The notes under the pieces: generated by a model | What the model was told of the DNA's origin: nothing | Database searches by the model: none | Seen by the model: the letters and a program-made list of their open reading frames with translations, nothing else | Position numbers and translations under genes: made by a program | Origin: Macrostomum lignano | Taxonomy: Eukaryota | Reading direction: 5' to 3' | Length of the DNA: 64,000 bases | NCBI GenBank assembly: GCA_002269645.1 | Contig: NIVC01001535.1 | Span: 1 to 64,000 of the forward strand | In this document: piece after piece, positions 40,601-53,370 of the stretch | How the letters are laid out: each line of letters opens with the position of its first letter | How positions within the stretch are numbered: position 1 is the stretch's first letter

Positions 40601-43600
40601 TGACAGTAGCTTCATCTATAGATCTGACAGTAGCTTCATCTATAGATCTGGCAGTAGCTTCATCTATAGATCTGACAGTAGCTTCATCTATAGATCTGAC
40701 AGTAGCTTCATCTATAGATCTGACAGTAGCTTCATCTATAGATCTGGCAGTAGCTTCATCTATAGATCTGACAGTAGCTTCATCTATAGATCTGGCAGCA
40801 GCTACACCTATAGATCTGGCAGTAGCTTCATCTATAGATCTGACAGTAGCTTCATCTATAGATCTGGCAGCAGCTACACCTATAGATCTGGCAGTAGCTT
40901 CATCTATAGATCTGACAGTAGCTTCATCTATAGATCTGGCAGCAGCTACACCTATAGATCTGGCAGTAGCTTCATCTATAGATCTGACAGTAGCTTCATC
41001 TATAGATCTGGCAGCAGCTACACCTATAGATCTGGCAGTAGCTTCATCTATAGATCTGACAGTAGCTTCATCTATAGATCTGACAGTAGCTTCATCTATA
41101 GATCTGACAGTAGCTTCATCTATAGATCTGACAGTAGCTTCATCTATAGATCTGGCAGCAGCTACACCTATAGATCTGGCAGTAGCTTCATCTATAGATC
41201 TGACAGTAGCTTCATCTATAGATCTGACAGTAGCTTCATCTATAGATCTGACAGTAGCTTCATCTATAGATCTGACAGTAGCTTCATCTATAGATCTGAC
41301 AGTAGCTTCATCTATAGATCTGACAGTAGCTTCATCTATAGATCTGACAGTAGCTTCATCTATAGATCTGGCAGTAGCTTCATCTATAGATCTGACAGTA
41401 GCTTCATCTATAGATCTGACAGTAGCTTCATCTATAGATCTGGCAGCTTCATCTGACAGTAGCTTCATCTATAGATCTGACAGTAGCTTCATCTATAGAT
41501 CTGACAGTAGCTTCATCTATAGATCTGACAGTAGCTTCATCTATAGATCTGACAGTAGCTTCATCTATAGATCTGGCAGCAGCTTCATCTATAGATCTGA
41601 CAGTAGCTTCATCTATAGATCTGACAGTAGCTTCATCTATAGATCTGACAGTAGCTTCATCTATAGATCTGACAGTAGCTTCATCTATAGATCTGACAGT
41701 AGCTTCATCTATAGATCTGACAGCAGCTACATCTATAGATCTGACAGTAGCTTCATCTATAGATCTGACAGTAGCTTCATCTATAGATCTGACAGTAGCT
41801 TCATCTATAGATCTGACAGTAGCTTCATCTATAGATCTGACAGTAGCTTCATCTATAGATCTGACAGTAGCTTCATCTATAGATCTGGCAGCAGCTTCAT
41901 CTATAGATCTGGCAGTAGCTTCATCTATAGATCTGACAGTAGCTTCATCTATAGATCTGACAGTAGCTTCATCTATAGATCTGACAGTAGCTTCATCTAT
42001 AGATCTGACAGTAGCTTCATCTATAGATCTGGCAGTAGCTTCATCTATAGATCTGGCAGTAGCTTCATCTATAGATCTGACAGTAGCTTCATCTATAGAT
42101 CTGACAGTAGCTTCATCTATAGATCTGACAGTAGCTTCATCTATAGATCTGACAGTAGCTTCATCTATAGATCTGGCAGTAGCTTCATCTATAGATCTGA
42201 CAGTAGCTTCATCTATAGATCTGACAGTAGCTTCATCTATAGATCTGACAGTAGCTTCATCTATAGATCTGACAGTAGCTTCATCTATAGATCTGACAGT
42301 AGCTTCATCTATAGATCTGACAGTAGCTTCATCTATAGATCTGACAGTAGCTTCATCTATAGATCTGGCAGCAGCTTCATCTATAGATCTGGCAGCAGCT
42401 TCATCTATAGATCTGACAGTAGCTTCATCTATAGATCTGACAGTAGCTTCATCTATAGATCTGACAGTAGCTTCATCTATAGATCTGACAGTAGCTTCAT
42501 CTATAGATCTGACAGTAGCTTCATCTATAGATCTGACAGTAGCTTCATCTATAGATCTGACAGTAGCTTCATCTATAGATCTGACAGTAGCTTCATCTAT
42601 AGATCTGACAGTAGCTTCATCTATAGATCTGGCAGTAGCTTCATCTATAGATCTGACAGTAGCTTCATCTATAGATCTGACAGTAGCTTCATCTATAGAT
42701 CTGACAGTAGCTTCATCTATAGATCTGACAGTAGCTTCATCTATAGATCTGACAGTAGCTTCATCTATAGATCTGACAGTAGCTTCATCTATAGATCTGA
42801 CAGTAGCTTCATCTATAGATCTGACAGTAGCTTCATCTATAGATCTGACAGTAGCTTCATCTATAGATCTGACAGTAGCTTCATCTATAGATCTGACAGT
42901 AGCTTCATCTATAGATCTGACAGTAGCTTCATCTATAGATCTGACAGTAGCTTCATCTATAGATCTGACAGTAGCTTCATCTATAGATCTGGCAGTAGCT
43001 TCATCTATAGATCTGGCAGTAGCTTCATCTATAGATCTGACAGCAGCTACACCTATAGATCTGGCAGCAGCTACACCTATAGATCTGGCAGTAGCTTCAT
43101 CTATAGATCTGACAGTAGCTTCATCTATAGATCTGACAGTAGCTTCATCTATAGATCTGACAGTAGCTTCATCTATAGATCTGACAGTAGCTTCATCTAT
43201 AGATCTGGCAGCAGCTTCATCTATAGATCTGGCAGTAGCTTCATCTATAGATCTGACAGTAGCTTCATCTATAGATCTGACAGTAGCTTCATCTATAGAT
43301 CTGACAGTAGCTTCATCTATAGATCTGACAGTAGCTTCATCTATAGATCTGACAGTAGCTTCATCTATAGATCTGACAGTAGCTTCATCTATAGATCTGA
43401 CAGTAGCTACATCTATAGATCTGACAGTAGCTTCATCTATAGATCTGACAGTAGCTTCATCTATAGATCTGACAGTAGCTTCATCTATAGATCTGACAGT
43501 AGCTTCATCTATAGATCTGACAGTAGCTTCATCTATAGATCTGACAGTAGCTTCATCTATAGATCTGACAGTAGCTTCATCTATAGATCTGACAGTAGCT

Positions 43601-46494
43601 TCATCTATAGATCTGACAGTAGCTACATCTATAGATCTGGCAGTAGCTTCATCTATAGATCTGACAGTAGCTTCATCTATAGATCTGACAGTAGCTTCAT
43701 CTATAGATCTGACAGTAGCTTCATCTATAGATCTGACAGTAGCTTCATCTATAGATCTGACAGTAGCTTCATCTATAGATCTGGCAGTAGCTTCATCTAT
43801 AGATCTGACAGTAGCTTCATCTATAGATCTGACAGTAGCTTCATCTATAGATCTGACAGTAGCTTCATCTATAGATCTGACAGTAGCTTCATCTATAGAT
43901 CTGACAGTAGCTTCATCTATAGATCTGACAGTAGCTTCATCTATAGATCTGACAGTAGCTTCATCTATAGATCTGACAGTAGCTTCATCTATAGATCTGG
44001 CAGCAGCTACACTATAGATCTGGCAGTAGCTTCATCTATAGATCTGACAGTAGCTTCATCTATAGATCTGACAGTAGCTTCATCTATAGATCTGACAGTA
44101 GCTTCATCTATAGATCTGACAGTAGCTTCATCTATAGATCTGACAGTAGCTTCATCTATAGATCTGACAGTAGCTTCATCTATAGATCTGACAGTAGCTT
44201 CATCTATAGATCTGACAGTAGCTTCATCTATAGATCTGACAGTAGCTTCATCTATAGATCTGACAGTAGCTTCATCTATAGATCTGACAGTAGCTTCATC
44301 TATAGATCTGACAGTAGCTTCATCTATAGATCTGACAGTAGCTTCATCTATAGATCTGACAGTAGCTTCATCTATAGATCTGACAGTAGCTTCATCTATA
44401 GATCTGACAGTAGCTTCATCTATAGATCTGACAGTAGCTTCATCTATAGATCTGACAGTAGCTTCATCTATAGATCTGACAGTAGCTTCATCTATAGATC
44501 TGACAGTAGCTTCATCTATAGATCTGACAGTAGCTTCATCTATAGATCTGACAGTAGCTTCATCTATAGATCTGACAGTAGCTTCATCTATAGATCTGAC
44601 AGTAGCTTCATCTATAGATCTGACAGTAGCTTCATCTATAGATCTGACAGTAGCTACATCTATAGATCTGACAGTAGCTTCATCTATAGATCTGACAGTA
44701 GCTTCATCTATAGATCTGACAGTAGCTTCATCTATAGATCTGACAGTAGCTTCATCTATAGATCTGACAGTAGCTTCATCTATAGATCTGGCAGTAGCTT
44801 CATCTATAGATCTGACAGTAGCTTCATCTATAGATCTGACAGTAGCTTCATCTATAGATCTGACAGTAGCTTCATCTATAGATCTGACAGTAGCTTCATC
44901 TGTAGATCTGGCAGTAGCTTCATCTATAGATCTGGCAGCAGCTACACCTATAGATCTGACAGTAGCTTCATCTCTAGATCTGACAGTAGCTTCATCTATA
45001 GATCTGACAGTAGCTTCATCTATAGATCTGACAGTAGCTTCATCTATAGATCTGACAGTAGCTTCATCTATAGATCTGACAGTAGCTTCATCTATAGATC
45101 TGACAGTAGCTTCATCTATAGATCTGACAGTAGCTTCATCTATAGATCTGGCAGTAGCTTCATCTATAGATCTGACAGTAGCTTCATCTATAGATCTGAC
45201 AGTAGCTTCATCTATAGATCTGACAGTAGCTTCATCTATAGATCTGGCAGCAGCTACACCTATAGATCAGACAGTAGCTTCATCTATAGATCTGACAGTA
45301 GCTTCATCTATAGATCTGACAGTAGCTTCATCTATAGATCTGGCAGCAGCTTCATCTATAGATCTGACAGTAGCTTCATCTATAGATCTGACAGTAGCTT
45401 CATCTATAGATCTGACAGTAGCTTCATCTATAGATCTGACAGTAGCTTCATCTATAGATCTGACAGTAGCTTCATCTATAGATCTGACAGTAGCTTCATC
45501 TATAGATCTGACAGTAGCTTCATCTATAGATCTGGCAGCAGCTACACTATAGATCTGACAGTAGCTTCATCTATAGATCTGACAGTAGCTTCATCTATAG
45601 ATCTGACAGTAGCTTCATCTATAGATCTGACAGTAGCTTCATCTATAGATCTGACAGTAGCTTCATCTATAGATCTGACAGTAGCTTCATCTATAGATCT
45701 GACAGTAGCTTCATCTATAGATCTGGCAGTAGCTTCATCTATAGATCTGACAGTAGCTTCATCTATAGATCTGACAGTAGCTTCATCTATAGATCTGACA
45801 GTAGCTTCATCTATAGATCTGACAGTAGCTTCATCTATAGATCTGACAGTAGCTTCATCTATAGATCTGACAGTAGCTTCATCTATAGATCTGACAGTAG
45901 CTTCATCTATAGATCTGACAGTAGCTTCATCTATAGATCTGACAGTAGCTTCATCTATAGATCTGACAGTAGCTTCATCTATAGATCTGACAGTAGCTTC
46001 ATCTATAGATCTGACAGTAGCTTCATCTATAGATCTGACAGTAGCTTCATCTATAGATCTGACAGTAGCTTCATCTATAGATCTGACAGTAGCTTCATCT
46101 ATAGATCTGACAGTAGCTTCATCTATAGATCTGACAGTAGCTTCATCTATAGATCTGGCAGTAGCTTCATCTATAGATCTGACAGTAGCTTCATCTATAG
46201 ATCTGACAGTAGCTTCATCTATAGATCTGGCAGTAGCTTCATCTATAGATCTGACAGTAGCTTCATCTATAGATCTGACAGTAGCTTCATCTATAGATCT
46301 GACAGTAGCTTCATCTATAGATCTGACAGTAGCTTCATCTATAGATCTGACAGTAGCTTCATCTATAGATCTGACAGCAGCTACATCTATAGATCTGACA
46401 GTAGCTTCATCTATAGATCTGGCAGCAGCTACACCTATAGATCTGGCAGCAGCTACACCTATAGATCTGGCAGCAGCTACACCTATAGGTCTGG
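34640..46494. repeat. 24-bp satellite (ATCTATAGATCTGACAGTAGCTTC), ~11.9 kb, ~490 copies, in teneurin intron 8
   Basis: Directly visible; unit length confirmed by the 8-aa periodicity of the track ORFs (SDSSFIYR / RSIDEATV). Confidence 0.98.
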
Positions 46495-47151
46495 GTCCTT
46501 GGTCTCGCAGTCCTCATTGTTTCTCTGGCTAGTTTATGACATGATTCACGTTAACCTTGGATTAGAAAATTTCTAGGACATATTTCTCGGTGTAATAGTT
46601 ACCCTTTGAAGTCTTGTAGCAAAGTTCTTTACTCTTTTGCGTCTCGCAAATTCTTAGTTCTGAGTTCAAATCTCGATTGATTTCTTAATCATATACAGAA
46701 GATTCTAGCTGAATTTTGCCTGAGTTTAGCAATGCTCATCGCCTCCCAAAGCATCTGATTGATACTCAAAGACCACGAAACATCCGCAATCCATATACTA
46801 AAAATCAATGACTAAAAACCGGAGTCGCCGTCCACTTCGTGTTTCTTTCTGCTTTTTCGAGCAGTTTTCCTAAGTTGCAGAGAAATTAGGCTTGAAGAGG
46901 CACAGCGCGAGGATTCGAACTGAAGGGGGAGCAGGCAGGGCGGGCAGCGGGAGCGCTAGACAGCCTAGCCGGGATATAAAAGTCGATATTTCTTCTCTCA
47001 TCAAAGGATGAAGTTTACAGAATAGCATACAGAGGAGGAAGGCCCAATGCCGGCTGAGAGCTCTCGGGCGAGTGTAGTGCCTGCATGGTTGGCGATATTG
47101 ACTGTGTACTGGGCCAGCCGCGAGCTTGTGACTGCATACAGATGTGCCGCA

Positions 47152-47975
47152 TCTCTGATCTCTCTGATCTCTCTGATCTCTCTGATCTCTCTGATTTCTC
47201 TGATGTCTCTGATCTCTCTGATGTCTCTGATCTCTCTGATCTCTCTGATCTCTCTGATTTCTCTGATCTCTCTGATCTCTCTGATCTCTCTGATCTCTCT
47301 GATCTCTCTGATTTCTCTGATCTCTCTGATCTCTCTGATCTCTCTGATCTCTCTGATCTCTCTGATTTCTCTGATGTCTCTGATCTCTCTCTGATCTCTC
47401 TGATCTCTCTGATCTCTCTGATCTCTCTGATCTCTCAATGATCTCTCTGATCTCTCTGATTTCTCTGATGTCTCTGATCTCTCTCTGATTTCTCTGATGT
47501 CTCTGATCTCTCTGATCTCTCTGATCTCTCCCTGATCTCTCTGATCTCTCTCTGATCTCTCTGATCTCTCTGATCTCTCAATGATCTCTCTGATCTCTCT
47601 GATCTCTCGATGATCTCTCTATGATCTCTCTGATCTCTCTGATCTCTCTCTGATCCCTCTCTGATCTCTCTCTGATCTTTATCTGATCTCTCTCTGATCT
47701 CTCTCTGATCTCTCGATGATCTCTCTATGATCTCTCTGATCTCTCTGATCTCTCTGATCTCTCTCTGATCCCTCTCTGATCTCTCTCTGATCTTTATCTG
47801 ATCTCTCTCTGATCTCTCTGATCTCTCTGATCTCTTTCTGATACCTCTGATCTCTCTGAGATCTCTCTGAGATCTCTCTGATCTCTCGCTGATTTCTCTC
47901 TGATCTCTCTGATCTCTCTGATCTCTCTGATCTCTCTCTAATCTCTCTGATGTCTCTCTCTGATCTCTCTCTAAT
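47152..47975. repeat. 9-bp minisatellite (TCTCTGATC)n
   Basis: Directly visible. Confidence 0.93.
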
Positions 47976-48561
47976 TAAGTTAAGAATCCCTTTTCGTGCC
48001 AGATCTAGCCGATGAACTATTTCCAACTCACTTTTATCTAGCAACCCTTTTTCTTTTGAAGCTTTTCTCCCGAAACCCGATACTCACGCTCCCCTTGCTC
48101 CTCATCTCAACCCTCACGGATACAAAGGCATCCAAGGTTTCTCCCAGTCTGAACAAAGTCGCATCGTTTTGTGCCGCATTCGTTCGCCGCTCCCATTGGG
48201 AGACACTGCATCGGAGAAAAGTGCAAGAATATTAACATTCCCAAAACACACACAGGAAGTCCAGTTTCGACATTTGATGAACTTTTTTCCCCTACTCAGT
48301 TGGATGTGTGGTTGACAGCCAATTAGAAATTGGGGCCACTTCCTCGTGGCTAAATGTTTTCATGGAAACTGGATGGTTTAAAGATAACAATTATCCTGCT
48401 TACATACACTACGGTGAAATTGCTCCACAAATTGGGGTCCGGTTTGTGGGCTCATGATGAAGTTTAACTTTTTTTAATTTATTGCCCAATTGTGGTTTTC
48501 CGAGTAGATGGCTGTTGTGAGAATGATGAGAGCGAATGAAGAGCGTTAGAGACAGTGCGGG

Positions 48562-49116
48562 ACATGGTGGGCAGGGAGATGGTGGGCAGGGAGATGGTGG
48601 GCAGGGAGATGGTGGGCAGGGAGATGGTGGGCAGGGAGATGGTGGGCAGGGAGATGGTGGGCAGGGAGATGGTGGGCAGGGAGATGGTGGGCAGGGAGAT
48701 GGTGGGCAGGGAGATGGTGGGCAGGGAGATGGTGGGCAGGGAGATGGTGGGCAGGGAGATGGTGGGCAGGGAGATGGTGGGCAGGGAGATGGTGGGCAGG
48801 GAGATGGTGGGCAGGGAGATGGTGGGCAGGGAGATGGTGGGCAGGGAGATGGTGGGCAGGGAGATGGTGGGCAGGGAGATGGTGGGCAGGGAGATGGTGG
48901 GCAGGGAGATGGTGGGCAGGGAGATGGTGGGCAGGGAGATGGTGGGCAGGGAGATGGTGGGCAGGGAGATGGTGGGCAGGGAGATGGTGGGCAGGGAAAT
49001 GGTGGGCAGGGAAATGGTGGGCAGGGAGATGGTGGGCAGGGAGATGGTGGGCAGGGAGATGGTGGGCAGGGAGATGGTGGGCAGGGAGATGGTGGGCAGG
49101 GAGATGGTGGGCAGGG
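48562..49116. repeat. Near-perfect 15-bp minisatellite (GGGAGATGGTGGGCA), ~37 copies
   Basis: Directly visible. Confidence 0.95.
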
Positions 49117-50125
49117 AGAAACACACAGGGGGAGACACACAGGGGGAGACACACAGGGGGAGACACACAGGGGGAGACACACAGGGGGAGACACACAGGG
49201 GGAGACACACAGGGGGAGACACACAGGGGAGAAACACACAGGGGGAGACACACAGGGGGAGACACACAGGGGGAGACACACAGGGGGAGACACACAGGGG
49301 GAGACAGACAGGGTGAGACACACAGGGGGAGACACACAGGGAGAGACAGGCAAACAGGGGAGACAGACAGGGAGAGACACACAGGGGGAGACACACAGGG
49401 GGAGACACACAGGGAGAGACAGACAGGGAGAGACACACAGGGGGAGACACACAGGGAGAGACAGGCAAACAGGGGAGACAGACAGGGAGAGACACACAGG
49501 GGGAGACACACAGGGGGAGACACACAGGGAGAGACACACAGGGGGAGACACACAGGGGGAGACACACAGGGAGAGACAGGCAAACAGGGGAGACAGACAG
49601 GGAGAGACACACAGGGGGAGACACACAGGGGGAGACACACAGGGGGAGACAGACAGGGAGAGACACACAGGGGGAGACACACAGGGGGAGACACACAGGG
49701 AGAGACACACAGGGGGAGACACACAGGGGGAGACACACAGGGAGAGACAGGCAAACAGGGGAGACAGACAGGGAGAGACACACAGGGGGAGACACACAGG
49801 GGGAGACACACAGGGAGAGACACACAGGGGGAGACACACAGGGGGAGACACACAGGGAGAGACAGGCAAACAGGGGAGACAGACAGGGAGAGACACACAG
49901 GGGGAGACACACAGGGGGAGACACACAGGGGGAGACAGACAGGGAGAGACACACAGGGGGAGACACACAGGGGGAGACACACAGGGAGAGACACACAGGG
50001 GGAGACACACAGGGGGAGACACACAGGGAGAGACAGGCAAACAGGGGAGACAGACAGGGAGAGACACACAGGGGGAGACACACAGGGAGAGACACACAGG
50101 GGGAGACACACAGGGAGAGACAGGA
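49117..50125. repeat. ~15-bp minisatellite (GAGACACACAGGGG variants)
   Basis: Directly visible, abutting the previous array. Confidence 0.9.
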
Positions 50126-50711
50126 AGAAACAAACGGACAAATCCGGTCAATAAACAGCTGAAAGAAGCAAATCGAACTCGAGTCCTTCACAGTATAATG
50201 AAGTGTCTCAGCTGAAGTTGCCACGGCAACTATCTAGGACAAGTACGCTCGAATGTGTAGTAGCATAGGGCCATTAAAGAGTTGGGTGCACTTTCCAGAT
50301 CTCAGCGCGGAGGAGATGATGAGATGGTAGCTAGTGGCCAGCTACTAAAATGATGGATGAATTGATGGTACTGAGTAGCGGCCTCATTGAGCTGAGAGAT
50401 CGGCGAATCAAATTACCATCGACTGGATGCGGGGCGGGTCGAGTACTCTCAAGTTTGCTGGCGAGTTTCGAACGCGATTTCGCGTCACGTGACTGAGCTC
50501 GCTTGAAGGTCAAAGGCAGCCTGAAAAAACAGCAAATTTGCACTGATTTGATAAGCACAGGAATTGGGAAAAACTTTTTTGGTTGTAAACTTCGAGTTAG
50601 GATGAATAGACTGTTTTATTGATACAATTTATGACCCACTCTTACAGCCCACTGATGTACTTTAGTTCCGACTGATTTGGTCATTTGTTATTTTAGTTTA
50701 ATAATTCACTA

Positions 50712-51058
50712 ATTTATGACCAACTTTGTGACCAAGTTTGTGACCAAGTTTGTGACCTACTTTGTGACCAAGTCTGTGATCAAGTTTGTGCCCTACTTTG
50801 TGACCTACTTTGTGACCCACTTTGTGACTTACTTTTTGACCCACTTTGTGACCTACTTTGTGACCCACTTTGTGACTTACTTTGTGACCAAGTTTGTGAC
50901 CAAGTTTGTGAACCACTTTTGGACCTACTTCTTGACCTACGTAGTGACCCACTTTGTGACCTACTTTGTGACCCACTTTGTGACCTACTTTGTGACCAAG
51001 TTTGTGACCTACTTTGTGACCCACTTTTTGACCTACTTTTTGACCTACGTAGTGACCA
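50712..51058. repeat. 12-bp minisatellite (TTTGTGACCCAC/CTAC/CAAG)
   Basis: Directly visible, ending ~25 nt before the exon 9 acceptor. Confidence 0.9.
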
Positions 51059-51084
51059 AACTATTTCACTCACTCCCGCCGCAG

Positions 51085-51303
51085 TCACCTGCCAGCCGTC
51101 CACAGACTGCAGCGGTCACGGCCAGTGCCAGGCCGGCAGGTGCCGCTGCTTCTCCGGCTTCAGCGGCCCGGCCTGTGAGCGTCGCGAGGCCGCCTGCGAG
51201 CAGCCCAGGCCGCTGCTGCCCTGCTCCGGGCGGGGCCGGCTGCGGCTGGATGGCCGGTCCTGCGACTGCGACTCCGGTTACCATGGCAACCTGTGCCAGT
51301 TTG
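51085..51303 (+). CDS. TENM: Teneurin exon 9: EGF4 and EGF5
   Basis: VTCQPSTDCSGHGQCQAGRCRCFSGFSGPACERREAACEQPRPLLPCSGRGRLRLDGRSCDCDSGYHGNLCQF; acceptor CCGCCGCAG, donor TTG|GTGAGT; phase 1/1. Confidence 0.92.
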
Positions 51304-51379
51304 GTGAGTAAAAAATTGTGAAAAAAAACCTCTGGTGGGATAGCTTGGGTGGAGAGCTTCTCCTCTTTACCTCCCTCTC

Positions 51380-52290
51380 CACTCTACGAGCTACCTATCT
51401 CTCCCCACTGCATCCCTCTCCCCTCTACCTACCTCTCCCCTCTGCCTCCCTCTCCCCTCTGCCTCCCTCTCCCCTGTGCCTCCCTCTCACCTCTGCCTCC
51501 CTCTCTCCTGTGCCTCCCTCTCCCCTGTGCCTCCCTCTTCCCTGTGCCTCCCTCTCTCCTGTGCCTCCCTCTCCCCTGTGCCTCCCTCTCCCCTCTGCCT
51601 CCCTTTCCCCTGTGCCTCCCTCTCCCCTGTGCCTCCCTCTCCCCTCTGCCTCCCTCTTTCCTGTGCCTCCCTCTCCCTCTGCCTCCCTCTCCCATGTGCC
51701 TCCCTCTCCCCTGTGCCTCCCTCTCCCCTGTGCATCCCTCTCCCCTGTGCCTCCCTCTCCCCTGTGCCTCCCTCTCCCCTGTGCATCCCTCTCCCCTGTG
51801 CCTCCCTCTCCCCTCTGCCTCCCTCTTCCCTGTGCCTCCCTCTCCCCTCTGCCTCCCTCTCCCATGTGCCTCCCTCTCCCCTGTGCCTCCCTCTCCCCTG
51901 TGCATCCCTCTCCCCTGTGCCTCCCTCTCCCCTGTGCATCCCTCTCCCCTGTGCCTCCCTCTCCCCTGTGCCTCCCTCTTCCCTCTACCTCCCTCTCCCC
52001 TCTACCTCTCTCTCCCCTTTACCTACTTGTCCCCTCTACCTCCCTCTCCCCTGTGCCTCCCTCTCCCTGTGCCTCCCTCTTCCCTCTACCTCCCTCTCCC
52101 CTCTACCTCCCTCTCCCTCTACCTCTCTCTCCCCTTTACCTACTTGTCCCCTCTACCTCCCTCTCCCCTGTGCCTCCCTCTCCCTGTGCCTACCTCTTCC
52201 CTCTACCTCCCTCTCCCCTCTACCTCTCTCTCCCCTTTACCTACGAGTACTTGTCCCCTCTGCCTCCCTCTCTCCTATGCCTCCCCTCTC
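51380..52290. repeat. Polypyrimidine ~17-bp minisatellite (CCTCCCTCTCCCCTGTG)
   Basis: Directly visible; fills most of intron 9. Confidence 0.9.
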
Positions 52291-52397
52291 CCCTCTGCTT
52301 TTGGTCTAACTGTTTCTTTCCCCTTTCCCTCTATCTCTACACTGCCATCTTCAGACCTTGTAACCAACCTCGCCGCCCATCTCAACCATCACAACAG

Positions 52398-52580
52398 AAA
52401 CTTGCCTGTTCCCCTGCGACAACGGCGTCTGCAGCAACGGCACCTGCCAGTGCTACCCTGGCTGGTCCGGCCTTCGCTGCCATCTGCGCCAGTGCGACTC
52501 GCGCTGCAAACGCAACGGCGCCTGCGTCAATGGGACCTGCGCCTGCAACAGAGGCTGGAATGGGCCCAGCTGCACTCTGG
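52398..52580 (+). CDS. TENM: Teneurin exon 10: EGF6 and EGF7
   Basis: ETCLFPCDNGVCSNGTCQCYPGWSGLRCHLRQCDSRCKRNGACVNGTCACNRGWNGPSCTL; acceptor CACAACAG, first donor TGG|GTGAGT at 52581; phase 1/1. Confidence 0.92.
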
Positions 52581-52842
52581 GTGAGTCTGGAATGGGCCCA
52601 GCTGCACTCTGGGTGAGTCTGGCGCCTGCAACAGAGGCTGGAATGGGCCCAGCTGCACTCTGGGTGAGTCTGGAATGGGCCCAGCTGCACTCTGGGTGAG
52701 TCTGGCGCCTGCAACAGAGGCTGGAATGGGCCCAGCTGCACTCTGGGTGAGTCTGGCGCCTGCAACAGAGGCTGAAATGGGCCCAGCTGCACTCTGGGTG
52801 AGTCTGGAATGGGCCCAGCTGCACTCTGGGTGAGTCTGGCGA
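52540..52842 (+). repeat. Tandem repeat of the exon 10 3' end plus splice donor (32- and 51-bp units)
   Basis: TGCACTCTGG|GTGAGTCTG recurs with GT at 52581, 52613, 52664, 52696, 52747, 52798 and 52830. Confidence 0.95.
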
Positions 52843-53149
52843 GCGCTTTGGTTGGAGGCTATTAGGCGATTTTAGTTGAGTTCAGGTGAGTGTAGGTAAA
52901 GTTAAGCGTTTATTTAGGTGATTTCAGGCGCGTTTAGGTAGGTTTAGAAGAATTTAGGTGAAATCAGGTGTGTTTAGGTGAATTAGACAATTTAGGTGAT
53001 TTTAGGTGAGTTTGGGTAATTTTTTAAATGAATTTAGCCGAATTTATGTAATTTCAGCTGAGTTTAAGCGAGCTTTACTAAATTTAGATTAGTTTTTAGT
53101 AAGTAAGTAGGCTTAGGCAAGTTTAGTTGGAGCTTAGGCGAGTTTATTT

Positions 53150-53370
53150 TAGTATTTTTAGATTATTTTAGGTTAGTTCCGTTTGAGTTCATATGAAATT
53201 AGGTTGGTTTCGGTAGAGTTTAGATGATTTCAGGTTGGTTTCGGTAGAGTTTAGATGATTTCAGGTTGGTTTCGGTTGAGTTTAGATGATTTTAGGTTGT
53301 TTTCGGTAGAGTTTAGATGATTTTAGGTTAGAGTTTAGATGATTTCAGGTTGTTTTCGGTAGAGGTGGAT
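53150..53370. repeat. 31-bp minisatellite (TTAGATGATTTCAGGTTGGTTTCGGTAGAGT)
   Basis: Directly visible, about 5 copies. Confidence 0.8.

Noticed and set aside
34633-41468. 794-, 792- and 667-aa ORFs (SDSSFIYR / RSIDEATV repeats) as real proteins
   Set aside because: They are stop-free frames of a 24-bp satellite, broken by sporadic 1-nt indels, with no splice or codon evidence
48409-50224. GDGGQ-repeat / PPSPC-repeat ORFs resembling collagen, silk or extensin
   Set aside because: A 15-bp minisatellite open in nearly all frames; not coding evidence
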